DNA of 64,000 nt, taken from NCBI RefSeq assembly GCF_009914755.1, contig NC_060928.1; one strand, written 5' to 3'. The position numbers and the translations under genes are program-made. This document shows, piece after piece, positions 13,218 through 27,696 of the stretch. The stretch is from the human T2T-CHM13v2.0 reference genome, Homo sapiens. The first letter of the stretch is position 1. Each line of letters starts with the position of its first letter. The notes under the pieces were generated by a model that ran no database searches, was not told the DNA's origin, and saw nothing but the letters and a program-made list of their open reading frames with translations.

Positions 13218-13689
13218 CTGAAACATTTAGGTGCAGTGTGCTCATTGTAACCTACAAGCCAAACTAATAAACATGGCTTCCCAATTGCTTAACAAAAGAG
13301 AGAGAGGGACTGGGGGAAAAAAATCTGCTTTATTCTAAAGCCATTTTCAGAGATGTCAGTGGAAAAATTCTCCAAAATCCTTAGAAGGAAGAACTGACTT
13401 CACAAGTAGTTTCTTCTATGATAGGAGAGTTCATCTAAGCTTGTTTTAAATAAATCATATAAGCAGATTTGGAGATAACATTTAGATTGTCATTAAACAC
13501 ATTTAGCTAACTCTTTTTTCCTTTTATTCAGACTGAGAGCAATGATATAAATTATTTAACTTCATCAGATCTCCAGTTAAAGATGAGTTGTTCATGTAAG
13601 TCTAGACTATCTAAATTATGCCCATCATAAAGGCTTACTGCTTTTTATATTTCCTCTGGTCTTGAAGCCATTACAGTTCATTAGAGAGA

Positions 13690-13945
13690 TTGTAGAATAT
13701 GGTGGTTAGAGCATGGAATGTGCAGGCAGACTTCTTTGGTTCAAAACTTTGCTCTGCCTCTTTCTAGTTATTTGTCCAGAGACAGTTCTCTCTGTGTCTG
13801 TTTCCTCATCTGTAAAATGGCAGTGCTAATAATAAAATCACCACCTTCATAAGATTATTGCAAGGACTAAATGAGTTAATGCATTAAAAGTGGTTTTATT
13901 AGTGGCTAGCAATAACACTCAATGTTAGCTGGAATTATTATCATT
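13690..13945 (+). mobile_element. MIR SINE
   Basis: tctgtttcctcatctgtaaaatgg ... aggactaaatgagttaat. Confidence 0.75.
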
Positions 13946-15322
13946 TGTTTTATTTGCTGGATTTTCTGATAAGCTGAAATCTTTTTGAGTGCTGTTTCTG
14001 CTCTTTATCCTTAGTAATGAGCACAGATCAAGGATGTGGCAAATGATCAATCACTTTATTAAATGAATAAATAAATGAATATTCATATTGTTATAATGAG
14101 AATGGAACCAGTGACTGATTATAACCACCAATAGTGTTTGATAACTTCCGTCCTTTCTCTGTGCGAATTTCCGCATTCAGATATGCTATCCTTTCTTTTA
14201 GACTCTCAAAGGTCTTTTCTCAAAGACCTTTTCCTACAACATATCCTCCCCAAACCAGGGGAAGAAGCTGATTAGAAATTAATTCATTCAGTAAATAATT
14301 TTCAGCACCTTGTATGTGTATAAACTAGCGCTGAAAGGCATTTAAAGAAACATCTCAGGTTTCCAGTTTGTCCAAAGATCTGAAGTTCCTGTGGTCATAA
14401 GCAGTGAATTAGAGATATTGCTCTTTGTTGCCTCTTTTCAGTATTCTAAATACAGCTTGGCTGTCTCTGGATCTATACTTCAATGCCACAGGGAAAATCG
14501 ATAGTAATAACACAAGATGCTGAGAGTAGGGGTTAGGTTTCTCCATTTTCTAAACTAATCTTCTAAGTCTGAGACTTTCCTGTGAAGTGGGAAAGTATTG
14601 AACTATCCAGGATTCTGATTAATGCTGGCAAAGAATACACAAAAATAATACACAAAAAGATGGCTGAAGAGATTTTGAGTTATTTTAATGGCATATTTAA
14701 TTCAGAGAGTACATGTAGAATTGGCATCCTGACATTTTCTTTAATTTTCTAGCCAGAGTAAAGTATTGATTAGACAATTTTCTGCTTTGAGCATTAATAT
14801 ATCTAAATGGAAATTTTGGATAATAAAGAGTCCAGGTTTGCTCCCTTCACATGCCAGATAAACATCATATTTTAATTTGCAATTATAAATTTCATTTGAT
14901 TATCACTAGAATGCCATATGCTTCCTATGAATATCATAAAATTTATCTGAGTTTAGTCAGTTTTATAACTGGTGCTTCTGAAAATCTTATTCTTTAGAAC
15001 AACAATGTTAAGAAAATAAATCATCTGCAAACTTAGTCAAAACAGGCATGTCATGTGGGCAACTTGTAAAAGATTTAAAAGTATCAGAGATTTTGTATGC
15101 AAGCTGAATCTTACGGTGGAATATTCAGGTAGCATTATTTTACAGGATGCAGTATTCAATTTATTTCTATTATAACAAAAGTAATAATATGAATCAGCAA
15201 ATATTATGAATTAGAAAGTAAAATTACTTTAGTGTTGTGAAAGTCATCCAGATTTTGTGCATCTAATTAAGTCTGATGCATGTAGTCAGGGATGAAGAAA
15301 GTCCCTGAATTCCAAGAGATGC

Positions 15323-15668
15323 TGTTTCAGTCAGGATAGGCTAGCTGCAATAACAGAAAACACAGAATTCTCAGTGGCTAAAGATGACACTCATTTACAC
15401 TGCACATTGAAAGCAGTTCAGCTTGGGGCTTCTGCTCATCATAATCACTAAGGACCCAGCCTGGCAGACTTCATCATTACTCATATTTCCATGCTTCTTG
15501 CAGCATAAGGAAGGGAATGTGGTGAATCACACACTGGTTCTTAAAGCTTCCTGACAAAGCCAGGCACATGGCCAAGCCTAACTCAAGGAGGAGAGAGAAG
15601 TGTAGTCCAACTTTATGATGTGCCCAAAAGAGGAGCATCAAAATATTTTAAACAGCACTAATGACGCA
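15323..15668 (-). mobile_element. MLT1-type (MaLR) LTR fragment
   Basis: tcaggataggctagctgcaataacagaaaa...ctcagtggctaaa and cacatggccaagcctaactcaag resemble old MLT1 LTRs. Confidence 0.55.
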
Positions 15669-16187
15669 GATTAGCCCCAAAATTGTTCTTGTCACTGTGG
15701 TCGTTAAATGTGACTATTTGTATCTTTTTCATCATAAACTGTGTTGTTATTTATTAAATCAAGATATTCCTGTGATGTGGCCCATTCTTCCACTTTATTG
15801 GCTATTAACTTAATTGGAGCATCAGGACCACAATTCTTAAGAATACAATTATTTCCAGACAAATGTAGTCTCTGAGTTCTTCTAATTTCTTTCTTTCATG
15901 TATTTTCTGACCTTATATCAATAAGATTACATGAATTACCATCCTGAGTGAGATCCATGGTCATTCCAGCCAAAAATCCTATCTTTAACAAAAAATGAGT
16001 CACTTATATTATTTCTCCATTGTTCTTAAAGACAAAAATGATAGAACTATTACAAGAATTGCTATTTTAAAAATACCTGATTCTATTTAGTGTGCATGAA
16101 GATGTATACTCACCACAAATCAAATATTTCTTCCTCAAATTTCAACAAATACCAATGAAAATTAGTATTAAATGTTTTAAAATTTAG

Positions 16188-16391
<204 letters not shown>

Positions 16392-17959
16392 TAAAAAAAA
16401 AAGAAAAAAAGAAAACAATGAAACTCTAATGATTTCATTTACTCAATTTTGTAATTCCAGATCAGAAAATGATGAACTTTATTTTTAGAATCACAGTATT
16501 TTAAAGCAGTTCTTCAAAGATCATACAACTCAACCTGATCATTTTATAAATGGGGAAACTGAAACCTGAGAAGTATACTAATAAACAGAGAGACTAAATT
16601 CTTGTCTCTGTAATATTAAATTCTGTAGAGGGAGATATTAAACAATTTAATTGCAATAATATATATGATGTACCTGGAAGGTAGTAAGTACTCAATAAAC
16701 ATTAGTTGCTATTATTACAATTATCGTTTGAAGGTAGTCCCCTATTCCAATTTTTCTCCCAATATTTAATTACCAGGCATTCTTAATACGTACATTTAGC
16801 TCTTGATCAAATAGTTCCAGATCTATAGAGCTTTTCAAGACACTTAGAAAGCTTTCTTGTTGTGTTTCTGAAATATGTTAGGAAAACTTAGGTATCAGTG
16901 ACCGACCGTAATTTGTCATAGTTTCTTTCCATTGAAAAAAAAAGAATTGTGGCTTGACCACAATAATAGTTTTGATTGATTTTCTTATTTAATGCCACAG
17001 ATTTTTGCTTAAAATATCTTTCCCATTGAAATACAGACTTAAATACAATATATTCCGTAGAAACACCAAATTTATGTCACACTTAACTAACATCACCAAA
17101 TTTCAAAAATTAAGATACTGTGATATTTGTTTTTATCAATGTAATGATACATCCTTTAAGGTTTAGCTTTCCTACTTGTATTTAAAATTGGTAGATGTCA
17201 TTTGCCAAAGAGGCTGGCTGATAATTAGATTTGGAATAACACATGACTTTTGCATCTTATTATCTTTATTATAAATTGTCAAAGAGTATAGGACATGCAT
17301 AAAGAAGCAGTAATGCAAATGTTAGGCACAATCCATTTTATAAAATAAAGATCCAATATACCTGTGAAATATAAGATGAGAAGAAATAAATTTAAGATAA
17401 AGTTTGCAAGATAATACCTGATGTAATGTTCTATTCTCTGAAAAGAATGGTAGCATTGTTATATTTCACTGCAGCAAAGGCTTTCTTAAGAAAAAAAACA
17501 GACTGCCTCTGGTAGTGTTTAAAATTGTATAACATTAGTTTTTGACCATAAAAAATTAATTTGTATAAATTATTCCAGTGGAAACCAATAAAGCTGTGAA
17601 TATAATCCAGAAAGAGAAAGAACAGTAAACAACCTGTTATTGTTCTGAGTAGAAAAACTCCCTGTTTCTTATTGAAATGTTGCAAATGACTCACAATACT
17701 ATTAAATGTTTCCTTTTCATTGAGTCAATATTCAACATTTTTTTGAGAATAAGTTGTTTTCAGAAAGACATATAAACTGAGAGAAAATCATAAAGGGTTA
17801 ATAAATTATATGAAATTTGCTATTTCAGTTAGATCACTAAAACAAAATCGTGACTATCTATGTCTATCTCTCTATATGTATGATTTTGATTCTCACATTC
17901 TTAAGGACTGCTAACATACATTTACATATGTGTATATGTAAGAAATTTAGATTTGTGTA

Positions 17960-19880
17960 AGTATATAAATAAATATGTATATTTTGATAGGGACTGCCAA
18001 GTTGCCCTCCTAGGTGGTGAACCAATTCACACTTTTACAAATTAATGAAGATTAGTGCCCAATTTCTTGGCTATAAATTGTCAAACATAGAATTTTGCCA
18101 TTTTTTATGGGAGTAAATTGGTATCTGACTTCTCTTAGTATTACTCAGATGAAACATATTTTCCTATTGTTTCAAACTATTTGTATTACTTTTTCTATAA
18201 ACACTTGATATTCCTTGCCCAATTTTGTGGTTGTTTTGTTGACTTGTTAGTCCTTTACTTCTTCATTTTGAAAAATTCTCTAGATTTTGGGGAGATTACC
18301 ACTTTATAAGTGGCAAAAGTTTTTTTCTTATTTTTCTTTTGAGTTTGATTGCATTAAGTTTCTTCTTGTGAAGAAATTTATCATTTTTGTGTTGCCAAGT
18401 TCATTAACTATTTTTTGTGGTTTATAGATTTCTGTGTCAATGTTAGAAAATTACTCAAGAGACTCTAAAGAATTCTGCTAGGTTTTTCATAATTTTGTTT
18501 TCATTTTTAACATTTAAATCGTTTATCCATTTTGAATTTATCTTGGTTGAGTAAGTGAGGATTGGATTTTATTTTTTTCCTGAGTATCAATTGTCCCAAA
18601 AATTGCTAGTTTTATTTTTTCCCAGTGATTTTCTGTGTCATTATTTTTACATAATAAAATGCCATATATATTTGAGTTATTTTTTTTTTACTTTCTCTTG
18701 TTCTGTTGTTCTCTTTTTCTGTTCATAAATGAGTCGTGACAGTGTGTTTTAATCTGATAAGGCTGCTCCCCTCCTCCCGTTGCTCTTCTTTTGCAGAAGC
18801 TTTTTGGATATTCTTATTTATATTGTCTTGACATTCAAACTTTAGAAAAACCTTGTGTATTTATGAAAAATAAAATGTTACTGGGATTGCTTTTATTTAT
18901 AAATTAAATTGAAACAGTTTATGTCCTTGTGATGTTGAGTCTTTCTCTCCAAAGAAACAGTATGTCATCCCACTTACCTTCATCTTCTTTCATGTTTGCA
19001 AAGATGGTTTTACATTCTTCTTTCTTTTTTCTTCTCTTTCTTTGAGCATTTTTGTTAAGTTTATTTCTCTGCATTTGATTATTTGTTGCTATCATGAATT
19101 GGTCTTCATCAGGATCTTCTAACAGATTATTGTTTACATGTAATCAAGGCTATTAATTTAAGTGTGCTGCTACTGGCATCTTACTAAATAACTTTGATGG
19201 TTGTATTAAATTTGTACTTGATTTTCATGAGCTTCCCAAGCATATGAGACATCATCTGCAAATATAGTGATAGTTTCTCCTCTTCTTTCCAATTTTAATA
19301 TCTCTAATTTTGTCCTCTTGTGAATTGTAACTATTCACTGAGTGAAGTGTTATTTAATAGTTGATAGTGGGCATCCTTGCCTTGTTTCCAACTTTAGTGA
19401 AAATGCCTCTATTATTCTCCCATTGAGCCTGATACTCTCTCTGTGACTGAAATAGATGTGTTTATCAGGTTATATAACTTTTCATTGATTACTATTCTGA
19501 GAATTAATTTTTATTTGTCAAGAATGCATGTTGAATTTGGTCAAATACCATTTTAGTGTCAATGGAGAGAGGAATATTCTTTTTCTCTTTAGACTAATTA
19601 ATATAATAAAGTAGTTGAATAGATTTAATAATATTGACCTGATTTTGTGTTCTAGGAATAAATTCCCCTTGGTCATGATATATTTTTCTCGTAATGTGCT
19701 GACGGCTTCTGATTAATAAATTTTATTATTTTAACATTGAAATGCATGAGTTAAAATGTTCTGTAGCATATGTTTTTCTGAAATCATTGATGATTTTAGC
19801 TATACATGTTTCAAATAGGATTTGGATATACTTTTTTATATGCCTTGGCACATTTTAGTAACACTGGAATTATATATTTA
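17960..19880 (-). mobile_element. Old L1M (L1ME-like) fragment
   Basis: T-rich degenerate antisense L1 text, e.g. gatagtgggcatccttgccttgtttccaactttagtgaaaatgcctct and ggaataaattccccttggtcatga. Confidence 0.75.
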
Positions 19881-21564
19881 AATATTTATCCTGATCTATG
19901 GCAGAGGGTTCCTGGTGGGAGTTCCCTCATCGGTTAAAATGTTCTGCTTTCTTCATCATTTTTTCTTTCTATACCTTTTCTAAGCTACTATACTAGTTCT
20001 TTCATTAATACATGATATTCAGTGAGTCAGCTTTGAAGATATCCATCTACTGTCAAAGGAGCCAGGTTGTTTTACAGGTTCACCAAGTTTTGGCTGCCAC
20101 AAAATAAGAAGGCTTCCTGAAAGCACTGCTGCTTGGCATACTTCTTGTAGTAACCCTGTCACCGTCTGCTTTTTGAAGCTAAACTAGGTATGTGGTAGGG
20201 TGTGTGTGGGTAGGGATTGTGGTTCTGCTCCCACTCAGTTCCCCCATGCCTCTCTTATTACCAGCAAGGCTTTAACCCCCTGGATGGGCCCCTTGCCATG
20301 AGGAAGTGTACTTGTGCTCTTCCTCCCTGGGTCTGCTGCAGCTGCACTCTCTTTGCAGGGATCTCTTCTAAGCTTCCCTCATTTTCCTTCTGTTGGCTCC
20401 TATAATGAATTAGTAGCAGCTTTGGCAACCTTTTATATTTTATGGTGTCTTTTTTCTAGTTTCATTAACAATATTTTAAATATTTTAAAGATATTTTAAT
20501 CTATATAATAAAAACATATTTTAATAATAATATTTTAAGACAGAACTTTAACAACCCATATAAATTGGCATTGATGGTCTATGACTCTGACATTGGTCAA
20601 TCTTTTTGTAGAAATAAAAATTATTAGGCCTATTAGTGGCCTGAAATGCCTATCATTATGAAGTTTAGTAGAGAATTCTTTTTCTATTTATTGTGCTATT
20701 TATCATACCTAAGGAATACTTCAGCTAAGTAGGTATACATTTGTTTGACAATAAGCAAATATGATTTATTTAAATATTAGATTCTCTTTAACACATATTG
20801 TAGGCAATCAATAACTTTTTAAAGCACTTTTTTATTCGGCAAAAGTACTTACTATAGTACTTACTATAACACTCATAACATATACAGCTCCTATCACACC
20901 TTTGGATTATCATATATTTTACTATATCTGATTTGTTTCTGATTATGTCAAGAATACATCATTATTATGTAAAGAGAGCAGCAGTTGTATCATATTTCAT
21001 TCCATTGACAAATATATTCAATGAATATAATCATTAAGTATAATTTAAAAATGCCGCCCAACCAATGCATCAAGTTAAACCGGTTTTACATATTTAATAA
21101 TTTTATTCTAAGGCTATATATATATATGTATATACGCATGGAATTTCACCAAGATTATGTAGAAGCTTTCCCTAAATTCCCTAAAATTTAATCTCTTTAA
21201 GTAATGAAAATTTGTCCTTGAAGAATTTTCTGATAACAATTTTTAAAGATTTATTTTACTTTATTTTTATGCTATCATTTCCCAAGGCGCAGTATAACTA
21301 TCCCCTAACAAATTGTAGTTTGGTTAGGCTTCAAGTTTAGTTTTAGGTTTGCTTTTCTTCTTATGCCTAATAAGTAATGGAAATATTTATCTTTAAAATT
21401 TTCTGTATGTGAAGCGCAAAGCCAAGTTATGGATAAAATGAAGTTAATATTTAAATTTTAAAATACACATTTATGACTTACTCTCAAATACAGCACTGAC
21501 ATTTAGCCATATTATATGCTAGAGGAAAATGTATGGAAATCTTTTAGAAGTTATTAGCAATTTA

Positions 21565-21790
21565 GTGCAGTGTTCAAAAGATCAGACTCTGGGATCATAC
21601 TACCTGGACTTGAATCTTGTCTTTACCACGTAGTAGCTGTTGTGACTTTAAGCAAATTATTAAAGTTCTGCTCCTTAATTTCCTCATCCATAAAACAGTC
21701 TCTTCCACAATTTGTTCAAAACAAACTGTTGTGAGGATAAAGTGAGTTAATGTAATAAAGTGCTTACAACAATGCCTGGCAGCCATTATA
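21565..21790 (+). mobile_element. MIR SINE
   Basis: cctggacttgaatcttg...aatttcctcatccataaaa...gtgaggataaagtgagttaat...aatgcctggca. Confidence 0.8.
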
Positions 21791-23208
21791 ATTTCAGTAC
21801 AGCCCCTTCAGAAAATTGTTGGAAGACAAGATTATGAATAACTGACCTATTTGAAGTGTAGCATAGTATTCACAGATATTTAAAAGCTAACCATAAGATT
21901 AAAAGAAACAAATGGACCTGATTAAAGACTTCCTATCACAAAGGATTTTTTGGAAGAAGGGAGAAAAGATGTTCCAGATATTTAACACAGAGCAAAATTA
22001 TTTAGCTGAAAGCATTAGATTTGTCAGTGCTTCAAAGCCTCCCCAAATTAGCTTATTTACTTTCAATATTATTTTAATTAATTTGTCAAAAAGTAATCCA
22101 AATAACATATTGGATAGCATTAATGCTTTGGCAAGGGCATAATAGCAAAGAATAGTACTGAGAGGATAATATGAAAGCCTGAAGTGCACAAGAAAAAAAA
22201 TTCCAGAGCCAATCATAATATGTTCTGACTGTATTAAATCACAATGTTTACATAGATAAGAGAGGGGAATGTATAACTAGCTCAAGACATGCTGATATCA
22301 GATATGAAATGCATCTAGTGTAGATAAGCAGAGAATTTCATTTATATTACAAGAAACTAAACATTTATTAGTCACAATTTTACTAAAATACTATGTAAGG
22401 CTTAAGTTGCCACACTTCCAAAAGGACATAAAAGACCTAAGAAAGCTCGAAAAAGAGGAATGAAAAGTTAAGAAACCTTTAGTAAAGAAGCCCTGGGAAG
22501 AAAGTTAAGGATTAGGGTAGTTAGCCTAAAAAGTAGAGGCCAAGATCAATATTATCCTCCCTTTTAGAATATGGTGGGATTTTATGAAAATGACACTAAG
22601 TAGTTATTCTCTTTATAGAAAAGATAGCTAGCTTCAGCTTTAAGACCACTAACTTACCAGGAAAAGCTTTTTGTTTTGATGAAGATTTTCTATCCAGAAA
22701 ATAAGGATATTATCTCATTTACCATTGACCTCTCAGAATTATTATACACATAACATGCAATTTGCAATAAAAGTGCTAAGTAGTTTTGAAGTAAAAGCAC
22801 TAAGGGATGTTATCATTGCTGTCATTGATAGTGTTATGGAATAACAGTAATTCTTAGGGAACCAACTTAATTAAAGACAGAATTTCAATTAGATCTAAGA
22901 ACAAACTTGCTGATTATCACTGTGATAAATGTGAAAATGAGATTCTGTGGGGAGGAATAAATGCCATCTTCATTCTCAGAGACCTTTCAAAACAAAAAGA
23001 AAACCATCATCCTAGGTTATTTTAAATAGCTATCTGCATAAGAAAAAGGGGGCAGGTAGAACAAAATCCTTTGAGTCTTTTTGGCAGTTCTGAGATAATG
23101 TAATCACGAATGCGACCTGAAGTGACAACTACTAGGAAAAGATAAAAGCCTATAACAATCATTGATCCTATGAAGAGTGGAGCAGGATATTTAACCATGT
23201 ATACAATC

Positions 23209-23692
23209 TGTATTAGATTAGGTTCTCCAGAGAACAGAACCAATAGGAGATTTCAACAAGAGAGAGAGAGAGATTGATTTACTATGAGGAATTGGCTCAC
23301 ATTATTATGAAGGATGCAGTCAGCAAGCTAGAGACCCAGGAGAGTTGCTAGTGTGGTTCCAGTCCAAATCTGAAGGTCTGAGAACCAGGAGAGCCAATGG
23401 TGTAAGTTCCAATTCGAGTCCAAGTTTAAAGAGAAGATCAACATCCCAACTCAGAAACAGACAGGCAAGACAAAGAATACTTTCTTGTTCAGCCTTTTAT
23501 TCTATTCAGGTCTCAACAGATTGGATGTGGTTCACACACGTTGGAGGAGGGTAATTTGCTTTACTCAGTTTACCAATTCAAATGTTAATTTCATCCAAAA
23601 ACGCCTTCACAGATCCATCCAGAAATAATGTTAACCAACTATCTGGGCACCATGTGGCCTAGGCAAGTTGATACATAAAATTAACAATCACT
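23209..23692 (-). mobile_element. MLT2 (ERVL) solo LTR
   Basis: Reverse complement starts like MLT2 (gtgattgttaattttatgtatcaacttg...gtgcccagatag...aacattatttctgg); other end is ggttctccagagaacagaaccaatagga. Flanks caatc/aaatc fit a 5-bp TSD with one mismatch. Confidence 0.85.
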
Positions 23693-25020
23693 AAATCTGG
23701 TTTTTTTTAATTTAGTTTTCAAAATTTATTACTACTTAATAGTTATTAAATCCCCATAGTAGGATTTCATAATATTGGGTAAAGGGTGTTAAATTTTAAC
23801 TTGTGTTCTAGAAATGAGTGCTACTTGCTAATGTTATTATTTAATTGCTGCAGTATTCATTGACTTGCTTTATACCTTGGAAACATTTTTCAAGTTGATG
23901 CATGTAAAAATATTGCATGTTCAATCATGTTTCCATTTATGTCTGTTATAATCAGTGTAAACTTTCTTCCAAAATGAAAATAACATGAAATTAAAAAAAA
24001 TAAAAATCTACATTCAACATCTAATAGATTTCCAATGTCAGATTTCTGACATTAATTATAAATAACATCTACCTCTAGCAAAATGAGTCTTTGTTTACTT
24101 TATGCATTTATTGAAGATTTATATTTTGTCAGATTTCAAAGGATTTGAGAGAATCCTTAGTAAGCTAAGAATCAAGGAAACATTTAAGGATAAAAGAGAA
24201 CTGCATTCCGAAAGCATTAATTCACTTACTCCATTCAGAAAATATGTATTTAATGTCTACCAATCATTGTAATGGGATCTTAGGAATATGAAGGTGAATA
24301 AAGCATAGTTCTTCCCTTGGAGAAACTCAAAACTCTCTTACTGATCCATAAACAAGTAATTTAAAGTGCTCCAGTGAATATTTGTGTAAGGGCTAATGTA
24401 TGTGAGAAAGGCACCAATAAATGTGCATATAAAGTGCTATGGGACCTTTGAGACAGGTATTTTAGGCATTCAAGACACACATGTTCCTAAAATAGAGCTT
24501 AAGTATTAGACAACAGAAACATACAGTTTTAATGCATGGAATAGACCTTCTTAATTACATTCCTGCTAACTCCCTAGATACCAAATGGCTCAAGCAAACC
24601 AGGTTGCTCACTGTTTCTGTCTTACTCCTTACTTTCCTCCCTCTTCATGAAATAACATGAATGAAAAAACTCACTGCCTTCTGGGGTCAGACAAAATAGG
24701 ATTCAAATTACATGGATCTTGCTGAGCTTCAGTTTCCTTACTTTAAAAATATGGATGATAATTTATCTCTTTGAATTTTTTCGATGACAAGAAATAGTAA
24801 GAGTAAATGTACTTGGCATTTTTAAGCATTCAGTAATTGGTAATTATTATTATTATTCAGATGCTCTCATGCCATACTCTGAACTGGGCTACCCTATCAC
24901 CAATACCACCTCATAAAATTATTTCTGCTTTTGAAGCTCTATATTTCATGTCAAACTTATTTCTCATTTACTCTTTCTTCTAATGTGATTGATCCTCTGC
25001 TACATAGGAAGGTTTTAAAT

Positions 25021-25111
25021 TATATATGTGTGTATATATATGTGTATATATATGTATATATATGTGTATATATATGTATATATATGTGTATATATATGTA
25101 TATATATATGT

Positions 25112-25174
<63 letters not shown>
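25021..25174. repeat. Compound (TA)n/(TG)n microsatellite
   Basis: About 154 nt of alternating pyrimidine-purine sequence. Confidence 0.98.
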
Positions 25175-25177
<3 letters not shown>

Positions 25178-25479
25178 GGCTTGCCAGTAAATATATTTTT
25201 TAAGTTAAGTAACCTCAACTTGTCTAGAAAGAACAAAAGAAAAAAAAAAAGGAAAGAAAAGCTATGTCAAGAAAATATTGTGATCTACCAGAAGTTGCCC
25301 AACCAATTAGAGACAAAAGTATGAGGCTGGAGCTGGGCTTCCTGATGTTTAGTATACATGCTGTTGTCTTTAGGAAAGATGGTTGCTTATCTTTACAAAC
25401 AAAATTGGTCCTCAATCCTTCACTTTCCCAGTCCATGTAAGGAATTAGCCAAATGGGTAATCAGTCCAGTTAATTATAG

Positions 25480-25710
25480 AAAACACTTATTATAATATTT
25501 ACTAGGGATTACTAAGTGTTCTGTGTGTGTGTACTCATTCAGTCTTCAAAGAATCTCATAAGTGAGGTGGACATTAATACTATACCCTCATTTATAAGTG
25601 AGGAAACTGAGTCACAGAGAGTTTATGTTACATTTTCAAGGTCTTGCTGATAATAAGTGGCAGAACCAGGATTCAAACCCAGCCTTGATGGCTTTAACCA
25701 CCCAGTATAC
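25480..25710 (-). mobile_element. MIR SINE
   Basis: catttataagtgaggaaactgagtcacagaga...gtggcagaaccaggattcaaacccag. Confidence 0.8.
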
Positions 25711-25995
25711 TCCCTCTTATTTTTCATATATTTTGATATACTCATTTAAAGCATATAAATACTAAAATATTCCATACCAATTACCAATTAAGCTTATCTC
25801 ATTGGGAATTGTTCTTCCTCAACAACCTTGGCAGGAGTGTATCTTTGTATGATCAGTCCATGCCACTTGTTCAAGTAATTCTGAGAACTTTCTAAATGCA
25901 AAGAAGCTCCTCTGTTCATGACAAATATTAAAAAAAGAGCAGAAATCTTATTCTACCTCTGTTATCTTACTTTCATTTGCATCTGATACAGGTTT

Positions 25996-26365
25996 GTGAG
26001 AGTCATTAGACATCTTTATCAAAAATGTCCAATCCTCTTTCTGAACCTATGGTATCATTATACTTCCTGTATCCTGATGTTGGTATGGACACCAGGGTTG
26101 GTTTGGGCAACGAAACATGAGTAGCAGTCATGTGCGTTGCCTGTGGGAGAAAGCATGAAAAGCCAGTGCAAGATTCTCCACATCCCCTTCCCACTGCAGA
26201 AGTGATCATAGAAGCACTGGTTGAGCTAAAGCCTGAGTCCCAGAATAACCATGAAGAGCAGAGGCCTGGTGCACATCACAGTGACACATTGAGTGAGCAA
26301 GGAATAAATACTTCTTGAGTTAAGCCCCTGAGATGTTTGTGGTTGCTACCAAAACCGAGCTGTTT
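25996..26365 (+). mobile_element. MLT1-type (MLT1J-like) LTR
   Basis: 3' signature gagtgagcaaggaataaatacttcttgagttaagcccctgagatgtttgtggttgctacc. Confidence 0.55.
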
Positions 26366-27207
26366 CTGTGTCTTTCAAGGATCAGTTATCATTAGAGATC
26401 CTTCATATGGTTTATGTTTAACGAAAATAGTTTAATTTTAGAATAGTTCTCAAATCCCGTGGTATTGTTTGACTCAAATTTTATGCTTTGTGAGTTTTCA
26501 CAATATATGTTTTCTATAAATGTAAAGCATGAAAATATTTCCTAGGTGTTAAAACAGCTTTTAGAGTTCTAATTAGCACTGAAATTGCCTATAATTTCGC
26601 TTGTAGGGATGCTCCCTGAGAAATTTGAAGTTATTCATAATTACACATATGGTAGTGTCATTAATGTTCTGTTTTTGTTATTGTTGCTTTGAGTTGTTGT
26701 GAATGTTTTGTTCACTCTTCTCTTTTATTTGTAGACTGCTGGACATAATGTGCCTCAACAAAGTATTTTTGAAAATATTTTAGTACAACTCTTCATTAAG
26801 TTTTCAACTACAACATTTCCTTCCCACTATTATATTAGCTGTTCACTATAGAGGTTACAGATAATATGTGTATGTGTTCATCACAGTCTCTAAATAATTG
26901 TATTTTGACCAGTCCTTAGGAAACTTTTCCAAGGACTGTATTAGTCTTTGAATCATTCTAGCTTGGATTATTCTTGAATTTCATTTTTATAATGATCAAG
27001 CCCTTGATTATTCAAACTCACAGAAGAAAACAGCATGGTACATAAATTCAAAACTAGAACTGATCCAAGATATTAATTGGCTCTGAAAATTATTATGTAA
27101 CGTTTTATTAAGGAAGCATCTTACATTTCAGACTTACAGAAAGTTACAAAAATATACTAAGAAATTACCATATACCCTCACCTAGCTTTACTGAAAGGTT
27201 AACATCT

Positions 27208-27263
27208 TATATAACATTCTTTATATAACATTATATAACATTCCTTATATAACATTATATAAC
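27208..27263. repeat. Short tandem repeat of ttatataaca units
   Basis: ttatataaca occurs 5 times with 0-3 nt spacers. Confidence 0.85.
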
Positions 27264-27283
27264 AGTTTCCAAAACCAAGAAAG

Positions 27284-27395
27284 TAGCTGGCCACAATGGC
27301 ACCCACCTGAAGTTCCAGCTGTTCAGGAAGCTGAGGCAGAAGGACTGCTTGAGCCAGCCTGGGCCAACATAGCAAGAACCCCCTGTTTCTTATAA
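27284..27395 (+). mobile_element. Degenerate Alu monomer (FLAM/FRAM-like)
   Basis: agctggccacaatggcacccacctgaagttccagct...gctgaggcagaaggactgcttgagcc...cctgggccaacatagcaagaaccc. Confidence 0.7.
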
Positions 27396-27405
27396 AGCTC
27401 TTCTT

Positions 27406-27696
<291 letters not shown>

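Noticed and set aside
14208-14231. 10-bp stem hairpin aaaggtcttt-tctc-aaagaccttt, and a 9-bp stem near 24035
   Set aside because: Short AT-rich stems are near chance expectation in 64 kb; no ncRNA features.
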